Of a stretch of 64,000 bases of DNA, positions 50,801 through 62,926 are shown piece after piece. The notes beneath the pieces are model-generated. The model was not told where the DNA came from. It made no database searches and was given only the letters and a program-made list of their open reading frames with translations. The stretch's first letter is position 1. Every line of letters starts with the position of its first letter. Position numbers and translations under genes: made by a program. Origin of the DNA: Takakia lepidozioides (lineage: Eukaryota; Plantae; Bryophyta); NCBI GenBank assembly GCA_030704615.1, contig CM060734.1, positions 34,410,001 through 34,474,000 on the forward strand, read 5' to 3'.

Positions 50801-52749
50801 AGGAAATAGGTAATATTATAAAGGGAAGTAAAGTAAATCCCTCTAAATTTGCTTACACTCACCTAGTATCTTGTGCAGGGCATGAATGGCGGAAGTGGTA
50901 TGGAATATGTCCCCAAGACACAAGAACAATGTCGTATCAAGGTCAGTTAGTACTTTCTAAAGAGTCTAACTCAAATGGTATCTTGTATATTTGGGAAGAG
51001 CAACAAAGAAAGGTGGTGTAAAAAAACTGAACCCAGGTTTCCTCAAGGACTGTTGACCATATGAGATTTTGAGTGCTTTTAGAAAGTTACAGGTTTGACG
51101 TTCACCATAGTAGTTTGAAGTCTCATTTTCTATGGTTGCTCTCCCACAATGAAATGTCTCCTCCTGGATTGTCAAAATGCATCAATACTCATATGCGTCC
51201 CTAGAGTGTTACTTGGGACAGGCAGATTTAAAGGGGTAGGAGATTTGAAGAGTTGTGAGCTGACTACTCTCTGTTTGTATACACGAAAGATTTACCCAAT
51301 CAAGTTCCTTCCTAAATGAATGTGAAGGGTTAAATTCTCAATAGGTAGATAGGATATTGTTGAGCAATTGTGGTATTGTTAGCTCCCATCTCTCTTGTTT
51401 CTATCTTTAGCATGTATTCTCCCTTTTTGTCTATTTCTTCCCTTTTAAATCCCAACCCAAAGTTATCTATGGGTTGTCTTATTTTACTTCAATACATTCG
51501 ATTACTCAATTTCCTTCCTATGGAGGCGCTGAAACATTGTCCCATAAATACCTTGTAAAGGTTGCTTCCAAGCGTTTATGAAAATCCCTCATTTCCAGAA
51601 ACCAGAGCTACCATCTTTGTCCTGTAGAGGCTACTTTCAAGTCCCAAAGGTCTGTTTACAGAAGTCCCTGAGATTCATCTATGAAACCTTGTCCGACTTC
51701 CCAGTCCCAAAGATCAGTTAGTGAAAGTCCCTTCAAGTTAGAAAACATTGTCCTAGAAGAGGCTACTTCCAAATTCCCTCAGTCAGAAACCATATTTACT
51801 GTTTCCTTGCTGTAGAGGCTTATTTTGAAGTCTCATAGATATGGTTACAAAAGTCCCTGAGGTCATATAAGAAAAATGTGTGCCATTAGAGGCTTACAAG
51901 TCCCTCATATTCAGAAAGCAAATTCGCCATTTCTTTTGAGTAGAGGCCGCTTCTAATTCCCATTTATCAATTTGCAATCTACTGTGTCCTTCTAGTGAAG
52001 GCTAGTAGAGATCCTTTTAAAACTCTCTTAGATTCATTACAATAATGATACCATTGTCCCAAATAGAGATTATAGATGTCCATTCCAAGGTCTTTTATTG
52101 TAGTTGAGAATCTTTGGTCTTATCTCTCTAAAGATCATATAGTTTGTTTGCTGAAGCAAAGAATTATGTGGTGTGAAAGGTGGACAATTTGAAGAAACGG
52201 TTCAAAGTTGAAAGGGAAAAGAAGCGTGTGTCAGGATCGATGACTTCAAAATGGCCTTTCTACGACATGATGGATGAGCTCATTGGTTCCAACCCCAGGC
52301 ACTCACGAGGAGGACTTGGGGACTCGCCTATGGGAATGGACAATGGTGGGCTACCCCTCGCTATGCGGTCTTGTGAAGATGGTGACCCTCGCCTCTTCAT
52401 TGAGGCTGGTCCTGGTGGGGAGGGTGATCAGACGTCCGAAACCATACCGAAGGCCTCTCCTGCCCATGGAAGAGGGAAAAGAAAAAGGGCATTGGAGGAT
52501 CTTGAGCGGGAACGTGTGAATGCAGCTGCTTTGCGAGTTCTGTTTGAGGGGTACAGTGTATCAGCGGCTATAATTGATGCTATGGTGCACGAAGATCTGG
52601 ATGAGCACACTCTTATGAATTCAAAAGACATATCAGCCTTGATAGATCAAGTGCGGTTGAAGCACCGGCTGCCCATCAAACTTGGGCCTGCTGAACGCAT
52701 TAAGCAGGCTGTCGAGGAAGCCCGGGAGAAGAAACAGGCTCCTCGATAG
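47899..52749 (+). CDS. Trihelix transcription factor with SAM-like domain, copy B (tandem paralog)
   Basis: Exons 47899 (or in-frame ATG 47824)-48489, 50879-50941, 52180-52749. Same motifs as copy A, with many synonymous-type differences, indicating both copies are under constraint. Confidence 0.85.
49210..49930. repeat. Degenerate intronic minisatellite (about 11 copies of AGTGCTACCAGGCTTTTCNTTAAGGGG)
   Basis: The core recurs near 49212, 49328, 49383, 49431, 49503, 49567, 49675, 49737, 49808, 49870 and 49900, with related linkers. Confidence 0.7.
51580..51960. repeat. Degenerate intronic tandem repeat (TAGAGGCTACTT...AAGTCCC units)
   Basis: Repeated TAGAGGCT and AAGTCCC(T/A) motifs in trihelix-B intron 2. 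Confidence 0.5.
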
Positions 52750-55519
52750 CGATCTTTTTCTTCTTATTGATAAAACAAGTTAGGCATAAGAGAGAGAGGG
52801 AGGGAGAGAGAGAGAAAACAGAGGAGAGGGGAAAGAGAGAGAGGGTGTATAAGTCTGACAGAGAGAATGAGGTATACATAGAGAGAGGGGGTGGGGAGCG
52901 AGACAGGTGGAGGAGAGGGTTTTGTGTGGATGTGGGTTACAAGGAGTCTGTATCAGAGTGTTTGCTAGAGCCTTGTCTCTGTTAGCGGAAAACAGAAGTT
53001 AGGTGTGAGGGGCTAAGGAGTGCTCATTGGGCCATTGTGTACATAGGACATACACAATCTGCACTCAAATTTGGGAGGAAGTTGTCTAATGGGAGGGGAT
53101 AACAAAATGGATTGGGGAGGAGAGCGAACTAGAGATAGTGGCGAAGAAAGTGATAGGAGTGGAGGTCATTGCTATGTTTGATTATGGGATACAGCTTTTG
53201 ATTTGAGCTTTGAGCAGTGCCCTTGTGGACTCAGATGTTCAGTCTACTATGTTACAAGACTTCTTTTTGTCAGTTTCATGTTTGAGAGAAATGAGTTATG
53301 TGTGAACCCTCATTTCACATGTAATACTATAGAAAGGAGCAGAAAGTAGAACCGATGCTATGAGGCTCAAATGCAAACCAAGAAAACCTTCTTATGTTGT
53401 GCTAGTACCTGCTTGCAAACCACTGTAAAGTTGAAAAGTGCCTTGACTCAATATAGTCATCAGAGTGAGTCCGACGTTTCTCAGCTGAACAGTTTTGATT
53501 CCTTCATCTTTCTCAAACATTTTTTCTCTTAACTATTCTCAGGGGGGATAGATTTTCTTAAGTGATATCTCTTCTTGGGTACTCATTTGAGGAGATAAAT
53601 TCCGGTGGAAAAGCTTCTTTGATTGAACCCTCCACCTAACAGTGAAGGTTTTCAGGAGGGATTTAAACTTGCTGAAAGGAGGCGAGTGCATCATAAACAG
53701 GTGCAGAACATTCTCATCCTACATGTTAAGAGGGTGGAATAATGTCACATACTTGTGTTTTGCTACCTTCCTGGGCAGGTGTTGAAGAAGAAAGAAGAGA
53801 GGGGCTTCAAAGGGTTCCATACGATTTTCTGAAGAAATTTGTTTTTTGCCTTTTGCTCTTGTGGCATTAGCATTGTTGGATTTCACTCTAACAACTGTTC
53901 CATGCTTTGGCTGTAATGTGTCTGGAGAATGAGATGGCCTATTCTAGTTACTGATGCGGTATGAGGGTTGAATTTTTTGTCTTTCAATAGTTGTGATCGT
54001 AATTTTGGGTGTTGAAACTTTGATCTGAAGTCCCCAATCCTCCGAAAAGAAAGAGAGAGTACAGGGAGACAAAGTGATCAGTGGGACTAGTATTGACATG
54101 AAAGGGAGAGACAGTATACTACATCAGTATTTGCGTCACTAACTAGTATTAGGTCCAATTCCATTACCTCATTGAGCATTTGTTTTGGCGACCAGGTTTT
54201 TTAGTTGAGTGGATTATCCGTATGATTACCTGCTGTTGCTCATAAACTATGTTGGTTGCAATGTGATTCCTTGCTTTTGCTTATTAGATTGCTCTCAATT
54301 GTAGTGTGAATTTGCATTATGGGTGTGAGATGTTGAAGCTGGTCCTTTTGATTCTGGAATGTCGTTACGCCATTGAGCTTTCTTTGAGCAATTCCCTACA
54401 GTTGCTCATTCGTTTGAATATGTAGTTCCTGTGAGTAGGTGTTTTGTGTCGGGGGGGCATTTGCATAGAGCTGGATGTTGATAGCCCAGCACTTGTAAAG
54501 AACACGGTTTTTGCTTACAAATACATTTGATAGACTGATGTATTAATCTTCTGAAGATTATCTTTTCTTATCAATTAACCTTCTAAAGAGTATCTCATGT
54601 TGTCTCTCCATTAGACTGATGTCTTATTTTTTCAAGATGATCATGGTCATTATTAACCTTTTCAAGATCTTTCTGTTGTCATTCTTGCAGCCAACTGGAA
54701 GCTAAGGGCAAGTTGAGAGGTGGGATGGTTACTATGAGCTCCAGGTATAATATGCTGCTATGGGACATGCAGTAGAAAGCCTTAGTGAACAGTGAAACTG
54801 TTGGCTCAGTAGTTCTTCGTAGGGGACATCAAACAATAAAAGAGGAATGGACAGCTACCAGACACAATCATGGAAAGAGATTTTTTGCTTAGAGTATTTA
54901 AGTCCCAAATGATGACTGGAAACCACCAACATGAGAAGTGCTACTAGAAGATTACAAGGTACTCGATCTAGGCAAGCAGTATAAATGGAGGATGTACAAG
55001 GAGGCTTAAGGTTCTCTGCAAGCTTTTCCACCTCATCTGTGCAGTTGCTGTGGTTCAAAGGAAGTCTCAACATTTAGGTAGTTTGCATTGGACCAATGTG
55101 CTAGTTGTGGTTGGCAGAGTTTGGCTGCAAATGCGAGAGATGGACATTCAAACTGCATAATACAATTACCGCATCACATGGGTCAATATCTCCGAAGGTG
55201 CTCTAGCCACGCTTCTTAGTGAGAATACGCATTGACAAAGCATTGACTTACTGCTTTGACAAGAAAGATGTTCCACCTATGTTCATACTGTTATCATTAT
55301 GAAACATTGTGAAATGTCACGATAAACCACAGAAAGCTCTAGACACTGAGTTGGGGCAATACCCTTGCAAGCCCGAAGAAGACTGTTTATCCCTGCAACA
55401 GGGTTTCAGGGGCAGGGGCCCTGCGAGATTGAAAGTAGTACTCCTGAGAACAGTAAAGTAGAAATCAGAAACCCCTCAATTGATAAGAGTTGCGAAACAG
55501 TCCACCAGATCAAAGAAAC

Positions 55520-55610
55520 GGTGAGCACGACCGGTCAAACGTTATATACTATACCCTGGTTAGAGGTGAGCACGGCCGGTCAAACATTATCTACTATACC
55601 CTGGTTAGAG
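55520..55610. repeat. 45-bp tandem duplication
   Basis: GGTGAGCACG(A/G)CCGGTCAAAC(G/A)TTAT(A/C)TACTATACCCTGGTTAGA at 55520 and 55565. Confidence 0.85.
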
Positions 55611-55742
55611 GGAAGACCGTATTTTTTACAAGGACTGGTTGGCTGACACTCAGAGGTTGGGAGGGTCCCGCATACAAGTGCTCGCTAGCATTTGAAGTCA
55701 TTTCCGGCCCGGCAGAGATAGCCTGGCTGACACTCGACGGAC

Positions 55743-56229
55743 CAGTGTTGGACTGGTATCAAGTTTTTTGCATACCAAACTGGTCCTGCATCACAAAACT
55801 TTCATACCAGTCTTGTCTATATAATGGTGGATGTATTTTTTTCCACATATTGGTATGAATATGTGTATCATGACCACAATACCAGCTCGTATGAGATATC
55901 CACTCTGGTATCATTCCAAAGCCATCTTGAGTTACAAATGTGTCAAATGGCAAGTATCAAGTGAAAACAAATAAAATATACATAAAGAAATAAATATACT
56001 TGAGTACAAATATATAGGCAGATGTACACATAAATTACGTCAGTATACATACCAGAGTAAATTAGGAAGAAGGTGGGGGAGTATTGGTATTGTGGCTGGT
56101 ATGAAAGAACTGATAGCAGCCTGGTCATATGACCAAGTACTCTCCCAAATGAACCAGACTGGTCTGGTATCTAATACCAGTGCATATACCAGTATTATAT
56201 ACCAGTACCTATATACCAGTCCAACAATG
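55743..56229. mobile_element. Second copy of the hAT MITE, inverted relative to 19341-19846
   Basis: Starts CAGTGTTGGACTGGTATC and ends ATACCAGTCCAACAATG; the interior is the reverse complement of the first copy. No TSD visible. Confidence 0.8.
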
Positions 56230-56429
56230 GTTGGGATGGTACGAGATAGAGATAGCCTGGGGCTATTCACAATCTTGGCGCGTTGACCGAGGACATCATA
56301 TCTCATTAACTCACAAATAACTTACAAATTCAATGTAGAGTGGTGAGCTCTACATGTGATGAGCTCCGCCGTATGATTGGCAAAAGTGTCGGACGGCAGA
56401 CCAGGAGCAATTCTACCAGGCTGAGCCAA

Positions 56430-56600
56430 CAGTGGAGCAAGCTGCGCTACTATTTTGGTTTTTGGACCCCACCCCATTACATTGCCATTTTCGGGCAAGT
56501 GCCAAACGGTGGAGCAAGCTGCGCTACTTTTTTGGTGGAGCAAGCTGCGCTACTTTTTTAGAACCCGCCCCATTAGATTGCCGTTTCGGGCAAGTGGCGT
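56430..56600. repeat. Short repeats, probably a transposon terminus
   Basis: GTGGAGCAAGCTGCGCTACT three times and CCCCATTA(C/G)ATTGCC...TTTCGGGCAAGTG twice. Confidence 0.55.
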
Positions 56601-57353
56601 GGCACCATGGAGATGCTCTTAGTAAGTAGTAAGAGGCAGGGGAGGAGAGAGCGTTCTCTCCTATATATACCCTCTCAAGGCGACGGCCCTGACCCCATCA
56701 GGGCGGTGGGGACCTTTCTAATAGGTTGTCCAACACATGTAGCCCCTACAAACCATCAGTTGACACTGCAACCGCGAACATGTCAACACCACTTGACACC
56801 CGTAAAACCACCACTTGACACCTGTACTCTGCTTACTCCAATTTGGCGCCTATCCTCCATTTAATAGCTGTCACTCTCCTGTTTTTTTTTTTTGGGGGAC
56901 CCCCCTTACCAAGGGGTTATTTCTTCAAATCCTTGTGTAGCTTACTATACATACCTCTTTTTTAGTTCCTGGACCATCCTCTAATAGACAGGACCCACAC
57001 AAACTTTGGAGGCTTATTTGAGCATGGGCCAAACAATGCAATCAATAGTAGCCCTTATGACTTGTATTGCCATGGTTTTAGTTCTAAACCACTATTACAA
57101 CAAGACCAGAGGTTTTAAGTCATGATAAGAAACACCACATTTGCAGACAAAAATGTCTGCCTTTCCCACTATGTATGTATTAATATGGTCATATAAGGGA
57201 ATTGTGCCGAAGTGGGGAACCAGGGGAACAATCAAGGGTTAATCTGCCACCTTTCTGCGGACTTGCCTTCACCCTTAAGTCTAGATATACCGAGATTAAA
57301 GACAAAATCCATGCACAGTATCACTCGGAATTCTCCTTGGGTCTGATTGACAA

Positions 57354-59832
57354 TCAAAGCTTGCTCAGTGGGGGAATGGGACCGTCCCAGCGCTTGCCCA
57401 ATACAAAGGCCAGCTGCTCAAAGCGATCTGACCCAAAAATCATGATGTCATGTGAATCCTCTTCTCTCCATACCCGATCTTTTGAGCCACAACCTTCCTT
57501 ATATTTAACAAACATTGTGGGTGTCCCAAACGCCCCTTTCTCTACTGCCAATGCCGTGTTCTCCTGCACATCTCATTCATGCAACTTTCCAGTTAAGACT
57601 TTACTTCAGACTCCCATGGAAAGTACAGTCCAGTCATACATGAGTATGAGGAAAACATGACTGTGCAGTCAAGAATCTGCTGTGCAGGGCTTGCTCAATT
57701 GGTTAAGAAACCGTTCAAAAGCCTTCCAAGCAGAATGATCACAAATCTGTTTCAAAAGCTGATGTTCTGTAGCCTTCTTCTGCAGGTTTTAATCAAAGAG
57801 GTGCAGGGAGAACATTCTTGATGGTCTTGAAAAGGCAAGGAAAGCCAATGGACAAGACACAGGGTGAAATAAATTTGCACAACTAGCAATTATCCTAGTT
57901 GCAAGATCGCCACACATCAACTGTGGCAGCAGGCTGTGATTGAGATTACTCACTGCACTTTCAGAAGTACTGCCCACATACTTCCTCACAATTTTTATTC
58001 ACAAACCCAGGGGTGGCCCGAGCCAAGCTGACACCCCAAGTCCAGGTAATCTAAACCTCATTAGTCACTTCAGCAATGGACCGAGCACCCCAAGTTATTC
58101 ACCCAAGTTCAATCCAGGGGTGGCCCGAGCCAAGCTGACACCCTAAGTCCAGGTAATCTAAGCCTCATAGTCACTTCAGCAATGGACCGAGCACTCACCT
58201 TGAGGCGCAATTTAATGGTTGCATCCTTGGTTAACTCCAAGTAAGCTTCAGCTGCCTCTCTTGAGAGACCTGCAGACAGGCAGCTTTCCAACACAAAGTC
58301 GGGATCTGTGATGTCAACATCATGGTTCGGCTGTACTCCCCAGATGCTCTTAAACAGACCAATGAACATAGCCACCAGCTCCTCTGACTCATAACCCTGA
58401 GTTCACACAACCCTGCGTTATGCTTCAAAGATCAGGGGTTCCGTAGGATGAGGATAATCAGATGGACAACCATTGCACGCACAGCAGCATGGGGAGCTCA
58501 AGGCAAGGGTGGATTAGCAGTAGATGTCAAATTTCTCTCAACAACTTGCACTAGTGACTTCATATCCGAAATTTGGTGAAGATAGGGATAATCTGTTTAA
58601 ATGAAAAAATCCCAACAACTAACCTTAAGGAATGGAGAATGATGTAGCAGTTTGGCATGACACAATTATTCTTTTTGTTGGAAGTCAATGCTCCATGGGA
58701 AAGTGAGACAAGCCTGTGTGTGATGCTGTTCAAGAAAACAACCACACAGCACCAACATCACCATAGGAGAGAAGAGATCTGAGAAGTGGAGTGTGGGGGG
58801 CAAACAGAGGGTGAATACAAGCCTCAGATTCAGCTACAGCAGTGAGCAGGCGTTGGCAGAGCATAGAATTGAAGGTGGCACTTCCAAATGAGGCTGGTGT
58901 CCCTCGGTACGGAACTCCCATAAAGACTGTATTTCGTTTAAGATCCTCTTGCATCCACCGGCCTGCATACAAAAATATGTAAAGCTTACCAAGATGATGT
59001 TACGTATTTAACCCCAGCAAGAGAGCACTGGCTGGAATGGTATGTGCCCTCTCATACCAAGCAAAGTCAAGAAATGTCGTTCACTTGGCTGATCTGGTCT
59101 GCACCCATTGAAGCTTCCACCTTCACTGTAGGCCTCCACTAGGGCAGATGACGTAGCTGAGAAGGAGCCTAAGAGAGTGGCGAGAGAGTCAAGTACAACT
59201 GTTGCATGGCCTCATGCAGCCAGTAGCCCATGGGGCGAGCATGGCATACGTTAAAATCAAGTCATCATGCCAGCAATTGCTCTAAGGCCTGAGCACGGAG
59301 GAGAAAGCACACCTCGTGCCGGAACGCGAGAGGGCATAGCATTGCCAGTTGCACCATGCACGGCACCCAGTAGCACTGGCAACAGTTTTAGTCTCAATCC
59401 CCATCTCTCTCTGTACCTGCCCAATCCCTCAAAAGAAAACCACAATACAGAACAAGTCAGTGTCCCCCTATCATACCTTCCAGCTGAAGCACAAATCTAT
59501 TTGAGGCAGTGTTCAGATGTTTTGAATTCAACGTTCCTACCACCCTGCCGACCCAACAACCTCACTCCCACATTCTGGTTGACAGAGACGACTGCCCTTT
59601 CTTCGACCTCTCCTTAATGTCCGACAAAGAAACTTCGGTTTCCAGACCCAGATGCAGTCTGGTTGAAAAGTGAGGGCGGCCCACACAAAGCGTGGGGGTA
59701 GATCGTGTCAGGAATGGAGCACAAAGAGCATGGGAGAACAAAGTGCCCATACCTGAGTAGCACGGTGAGGCAGAACCAGGAATAGATGGAACCCACATCC
59801 ATACACAGCTGCACCTGCACCCTCGGCTCCAT
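57354..59832 (-). CDS. Kappa-class glutathione S-transferase / HCCA isomerase-like DsbA-fold protein with PTS1, 243 aa
   Basis: Exons 59832-59753, 59416-59313, 58962-58823 (GC donor inferred), 58396-58199, 57563-57354, totalling 732 nt. Motifs DVGSIYSW...LLRY, PVLLG, TGN..P, RLLTAV, GAFGTP, FGSDRFE, W.GP.P and terminal SKL. Confidence 0.82.
58007..58195. repeat. 107-bp-period tandem duplication in the last intron of the kappa-GST gene
   Basis: CCAGGGGTGGCCCGAGCCAAGCTGACACCC...GGACCGAGCAC at 58007 and 58114. Confidence 0.85.
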
Positions 59833-60849
59833 CCCGCGTTCAAGCTACCCTCAGAGTTCATAGTCCGAACAGGCTACAGCCCGGTAGTCGCCCATAAACG
59901 AGGCGCTACGGCCTACCTAGTCCATAGCATAAGCTCTTGAAAAACTCATTGCAGAAGCTCCCGAGTATGAAGCGACTTTTTCTACCATTGGGATATTCCA
60001 CCTTCCTCTGCAAGCTTTTGGGTATAACGGGGATTATAGCACTCAGGGCAGGCTAGCCTAGATGGACAGGGTCTCTCGAAGAGGATGTCAGCGCCAAATC
60101 CAATCACACAGCACCTACAGGCATCATCACTTTCACATCCAAATCCCACTCTGCATCCAGGGACTGTCCCTGGATCACCAAATCACAATGTCCAGAGCCC
60201 AAGCCCCCATAGATCATATATAAAAATGAGCTAAGGAGCCTGATTAATTGTGCCACCTGTTATATGGCCACTTTTCTAACCCTGCCACCTCATTATTCTC
60301 GCCACATGGGCGCTGGGTAGAATTTACATGTGGCCCTAGTGGCGATTTTGGAAAAATGAAAGAAAAAACACTACTCCCTTCTCCCTACCCTTCAATGGCC
60401 TCTAACTATCCAAATTTGAATTTCAACCATCCTTATAGTAGTGAGAAAATGGGCCAAAGTGAATTGTGTTTATGAGTATTTGGTAAAATTTTGTGTGAGT
60501 TATGTTTGATCATACTATATTTTTGCAGCCTTTGAATGGTTGGAAGGGACTGATGAAGAAAGGTGGTGGGATGTGCAGAAGCTGTGTGCGGCAATGTGTG
60601 TGTGTGTGCGCGATGCATTGGACGACTAGTCTGCAGCCTCTCGCAGGTATGTACAAGAGGATCCTTGAAGGAGCATATGCATAGAAGCCTTCAATAGTGT
60701 ACCATACCATTCTCACTGCTTCCTCTATGGCTCCCCCAAAGTGACTCCATATGGAATGCCTAAGATTGAAGGAAGGATGCTATGATACTAACTTCAACTT
60801 CTAGATCAATAATTAATTTATGATGGCCCACACTTCTGCAATTACCTCA

Positions 60850-62140
60850 GAGATCATATGATTCTAGGGCATGCAACATATGTCACCAAACAAAATTTGT
60901 TTTGTAACTTATGAAGACTAGATCCCATCAGAAAAAATATTTTGTGGTGATGACACAAGCCTTCAAATAAAAAGTAAAGAACTGTGTGAATCAAGTTTCA
61001 AAATAGAGTTCCCAGAAAAACCTTGTGTTAGTAAGTGAAGTTACTAATGTTGGATACAAGTGGAAATGTGATGCAAATCTTTCAAACTTGGATAAAAGTG
61101 GAGAGAAAATAATTGCTAGAATATGTACGTGGCCCTAGGTAGACAAATCCTCTTGGAGGATCCAAATATTTTGTCACGTTCATAGATGATTTAACGCCAG
61201 ATGAAGAGGAGTGACCCCGAACTTTGCAGCGACATTCACATTAACACTCTCCCATGCCTGAAGCAAGCTAAACACTTCTATGCCATTGTTCTATCCACCC
61301 CTATGACATGGTATGACCCCAAACATAGCAACGTCATCCACATTAACACTCTCATGTTCCAAAAGCAAGCCAACCACTTCTGTGTGGTTGTTCAAAGCAC
61401 CCGAATGGAGAGGAGTTCGCCCGAAGTCATCAAAACTTGTGGAGCAAGAGAAACTCAACCACATGTGTCTGTCCATTTTGTGCAACCATGTGAAGACGCG
61501 TAAAATTCCATCACCCCTCTACCATTCACATCAATCTTGAAAATGATCAGAAATTCCTTCACTCTCTCCAAGTCTTCGGAGCCGGCAGCAATATCCAGCT
61601 GCAGGATGAAAGATGACACTGTATTTGTTGAAACTCCAAAGTGACGTTTTTGAATAATTTAAGAAATACAAAGCCATCATGGCTGAAAATCAAATATGGA
61701 AGAGGTTAAAAATCCTGAAAACTGACAATGGGACTGAATATGCCTCAAAAGCTTTTAATTCATTTTGTTCTAAATATGGGATTGCTAGACAAATATCAAC
61801 CCCTTATACTCCGAAACAAAATAGGGCGACAGAATGGAGAAAGGCAATAAATACAACAACACATCTTCCAAATTAAACTCCAACAGTTGTTGTAGATGGG
61901 AAAATTCCAAAAAAAACATGGTTTGGATCAAACTTTCAATAACACATCTTAGAATATTTGGTAGTGAAGCTTTTTGTTCACATTCCCGGAAGGGAAAAAA
62001 AAAACGTTCTTCTCAGATATAATGAAGTTATCAAAGTCTTCAGTATATGTGATGAAGAGAACAAACATCTAATCATAAGTGGAGATATGGTACTTAATGA
62101 AGTGTTCGAGGTTAAATTATTCAATGGGATCGTGAAGTGA
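60850..62140 (+). mobile_element. Decayed Ty1/copia retrotransposon (protease-integrase remnants)
   Basis: GGSKYFVTFIDD (~61157-61190), then KMTLYLLKLQSDVF, ENQ..KRLKILKTDNGTEY...GIARQISTPYTPKQN and HLRIFGSEA, with many stops and frameshifts. No LTR identified. Confidence 0.8.
61192..61600 (-). pseudogene. Ankyrin-repeat gene fragment (about 4-5 repeats) inserted antisense in the copia integrase
   Basis: After tttcatcctgcag it reads LDIAAGSEDLERVKEFL..IDVN / FTRLHMVAQNGQTHVVEFLL / DDFGRTPLHSGALNNHTEVVGLLLEHESVNVD / ...AKFGVTPLHLA, with frameshifts and a stop. Confidence 0.75.
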
Positions 62141-62926
62141 TAATAGTACATGATCATTTGAGCTCATCATTCGAAAATGTTGTCTTCACATTTAATATTT
62201 GATGAACCTCCTAATCATAGTGAGCTAAAAGGGCATGCTTATCAACTAACCAATTGATTTTTATCAATCCAATGACCATGTTTGGAGAAAACTCTGGCGC
62301 TAATGAGCCTATTTGAGCTCTCTCTCCCTCCTTGGGGAAACTTTCACCTTCTTCCTGCTCTTCACTTGCTCCCTCAAAGACAAGTTACAATGAGATGTGC
62401 TTTGCTGCTAACTAAGTGATGGAGTATGATTTAGAACTCCCACAAACAAGTATTTCTTTGGAAGAGGTCTGTAATATTTAAACAAGTGGAATATAATAAA
62501 GTTCCACAAGAAAATTGACCGCATCTCGCCGCATCATCTCTTGTAAAACTACGCCAGACACCCAATGTTGTAAGTTTTCTATAATATGATGGTAAGTGCA
62601 TTTCCAAAAGCATCATGTAACAAATATCTTAAGCATAACAATATTTCAGAAATCTTATAGGTGACTTGATGATTGTAGCATATCCCTCATCAATTGTGAC
62701 AATGGGGTTGGATCAACTCATGGAGAGTTTGACCAGACATTCCCTTCCAAAGCCTTTCAACAACAATATTGTGTGAGGACTTCTCAGAGCAGTTATCACG
62801 TATCGAAGACATCAATTGGGTTATGCACATTTCCATAGTACTAGATCAATAGGATGAGGTTCTCCTCTCATAACTGCTAGTTTTACGAGCTGCTTTGTGA
62901 TTGTTTATCTTTTTTCTCTTCTAGAA

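Noticed and set aside
9418-52749. Duplicated genes as an assembly artefact (uncollapsed haplotypes)
   Set aside because: The paralogs differ by many substitutions and indels and carry different transposon insertions, far beyond allelic divergence.
59417-59450. Intronic frame WFSFEGLGRY resembling kappa-GST WLGFEILCRY, as a possible alternative first exon
   Set aside because: There is no upstream ATG or D..S.YS motif in frame before a stop, and it overlaps the polypyrimidine tract and acceptor. Probably chance.
23321-60560. CTGATGA motifs (e.g. 23321, 29914, 33755, 41403, 46511, 60550) as hammerhead ribozyme cores
   Set aside because: By eye, none has a stem II followed by GAAA with closing helices.
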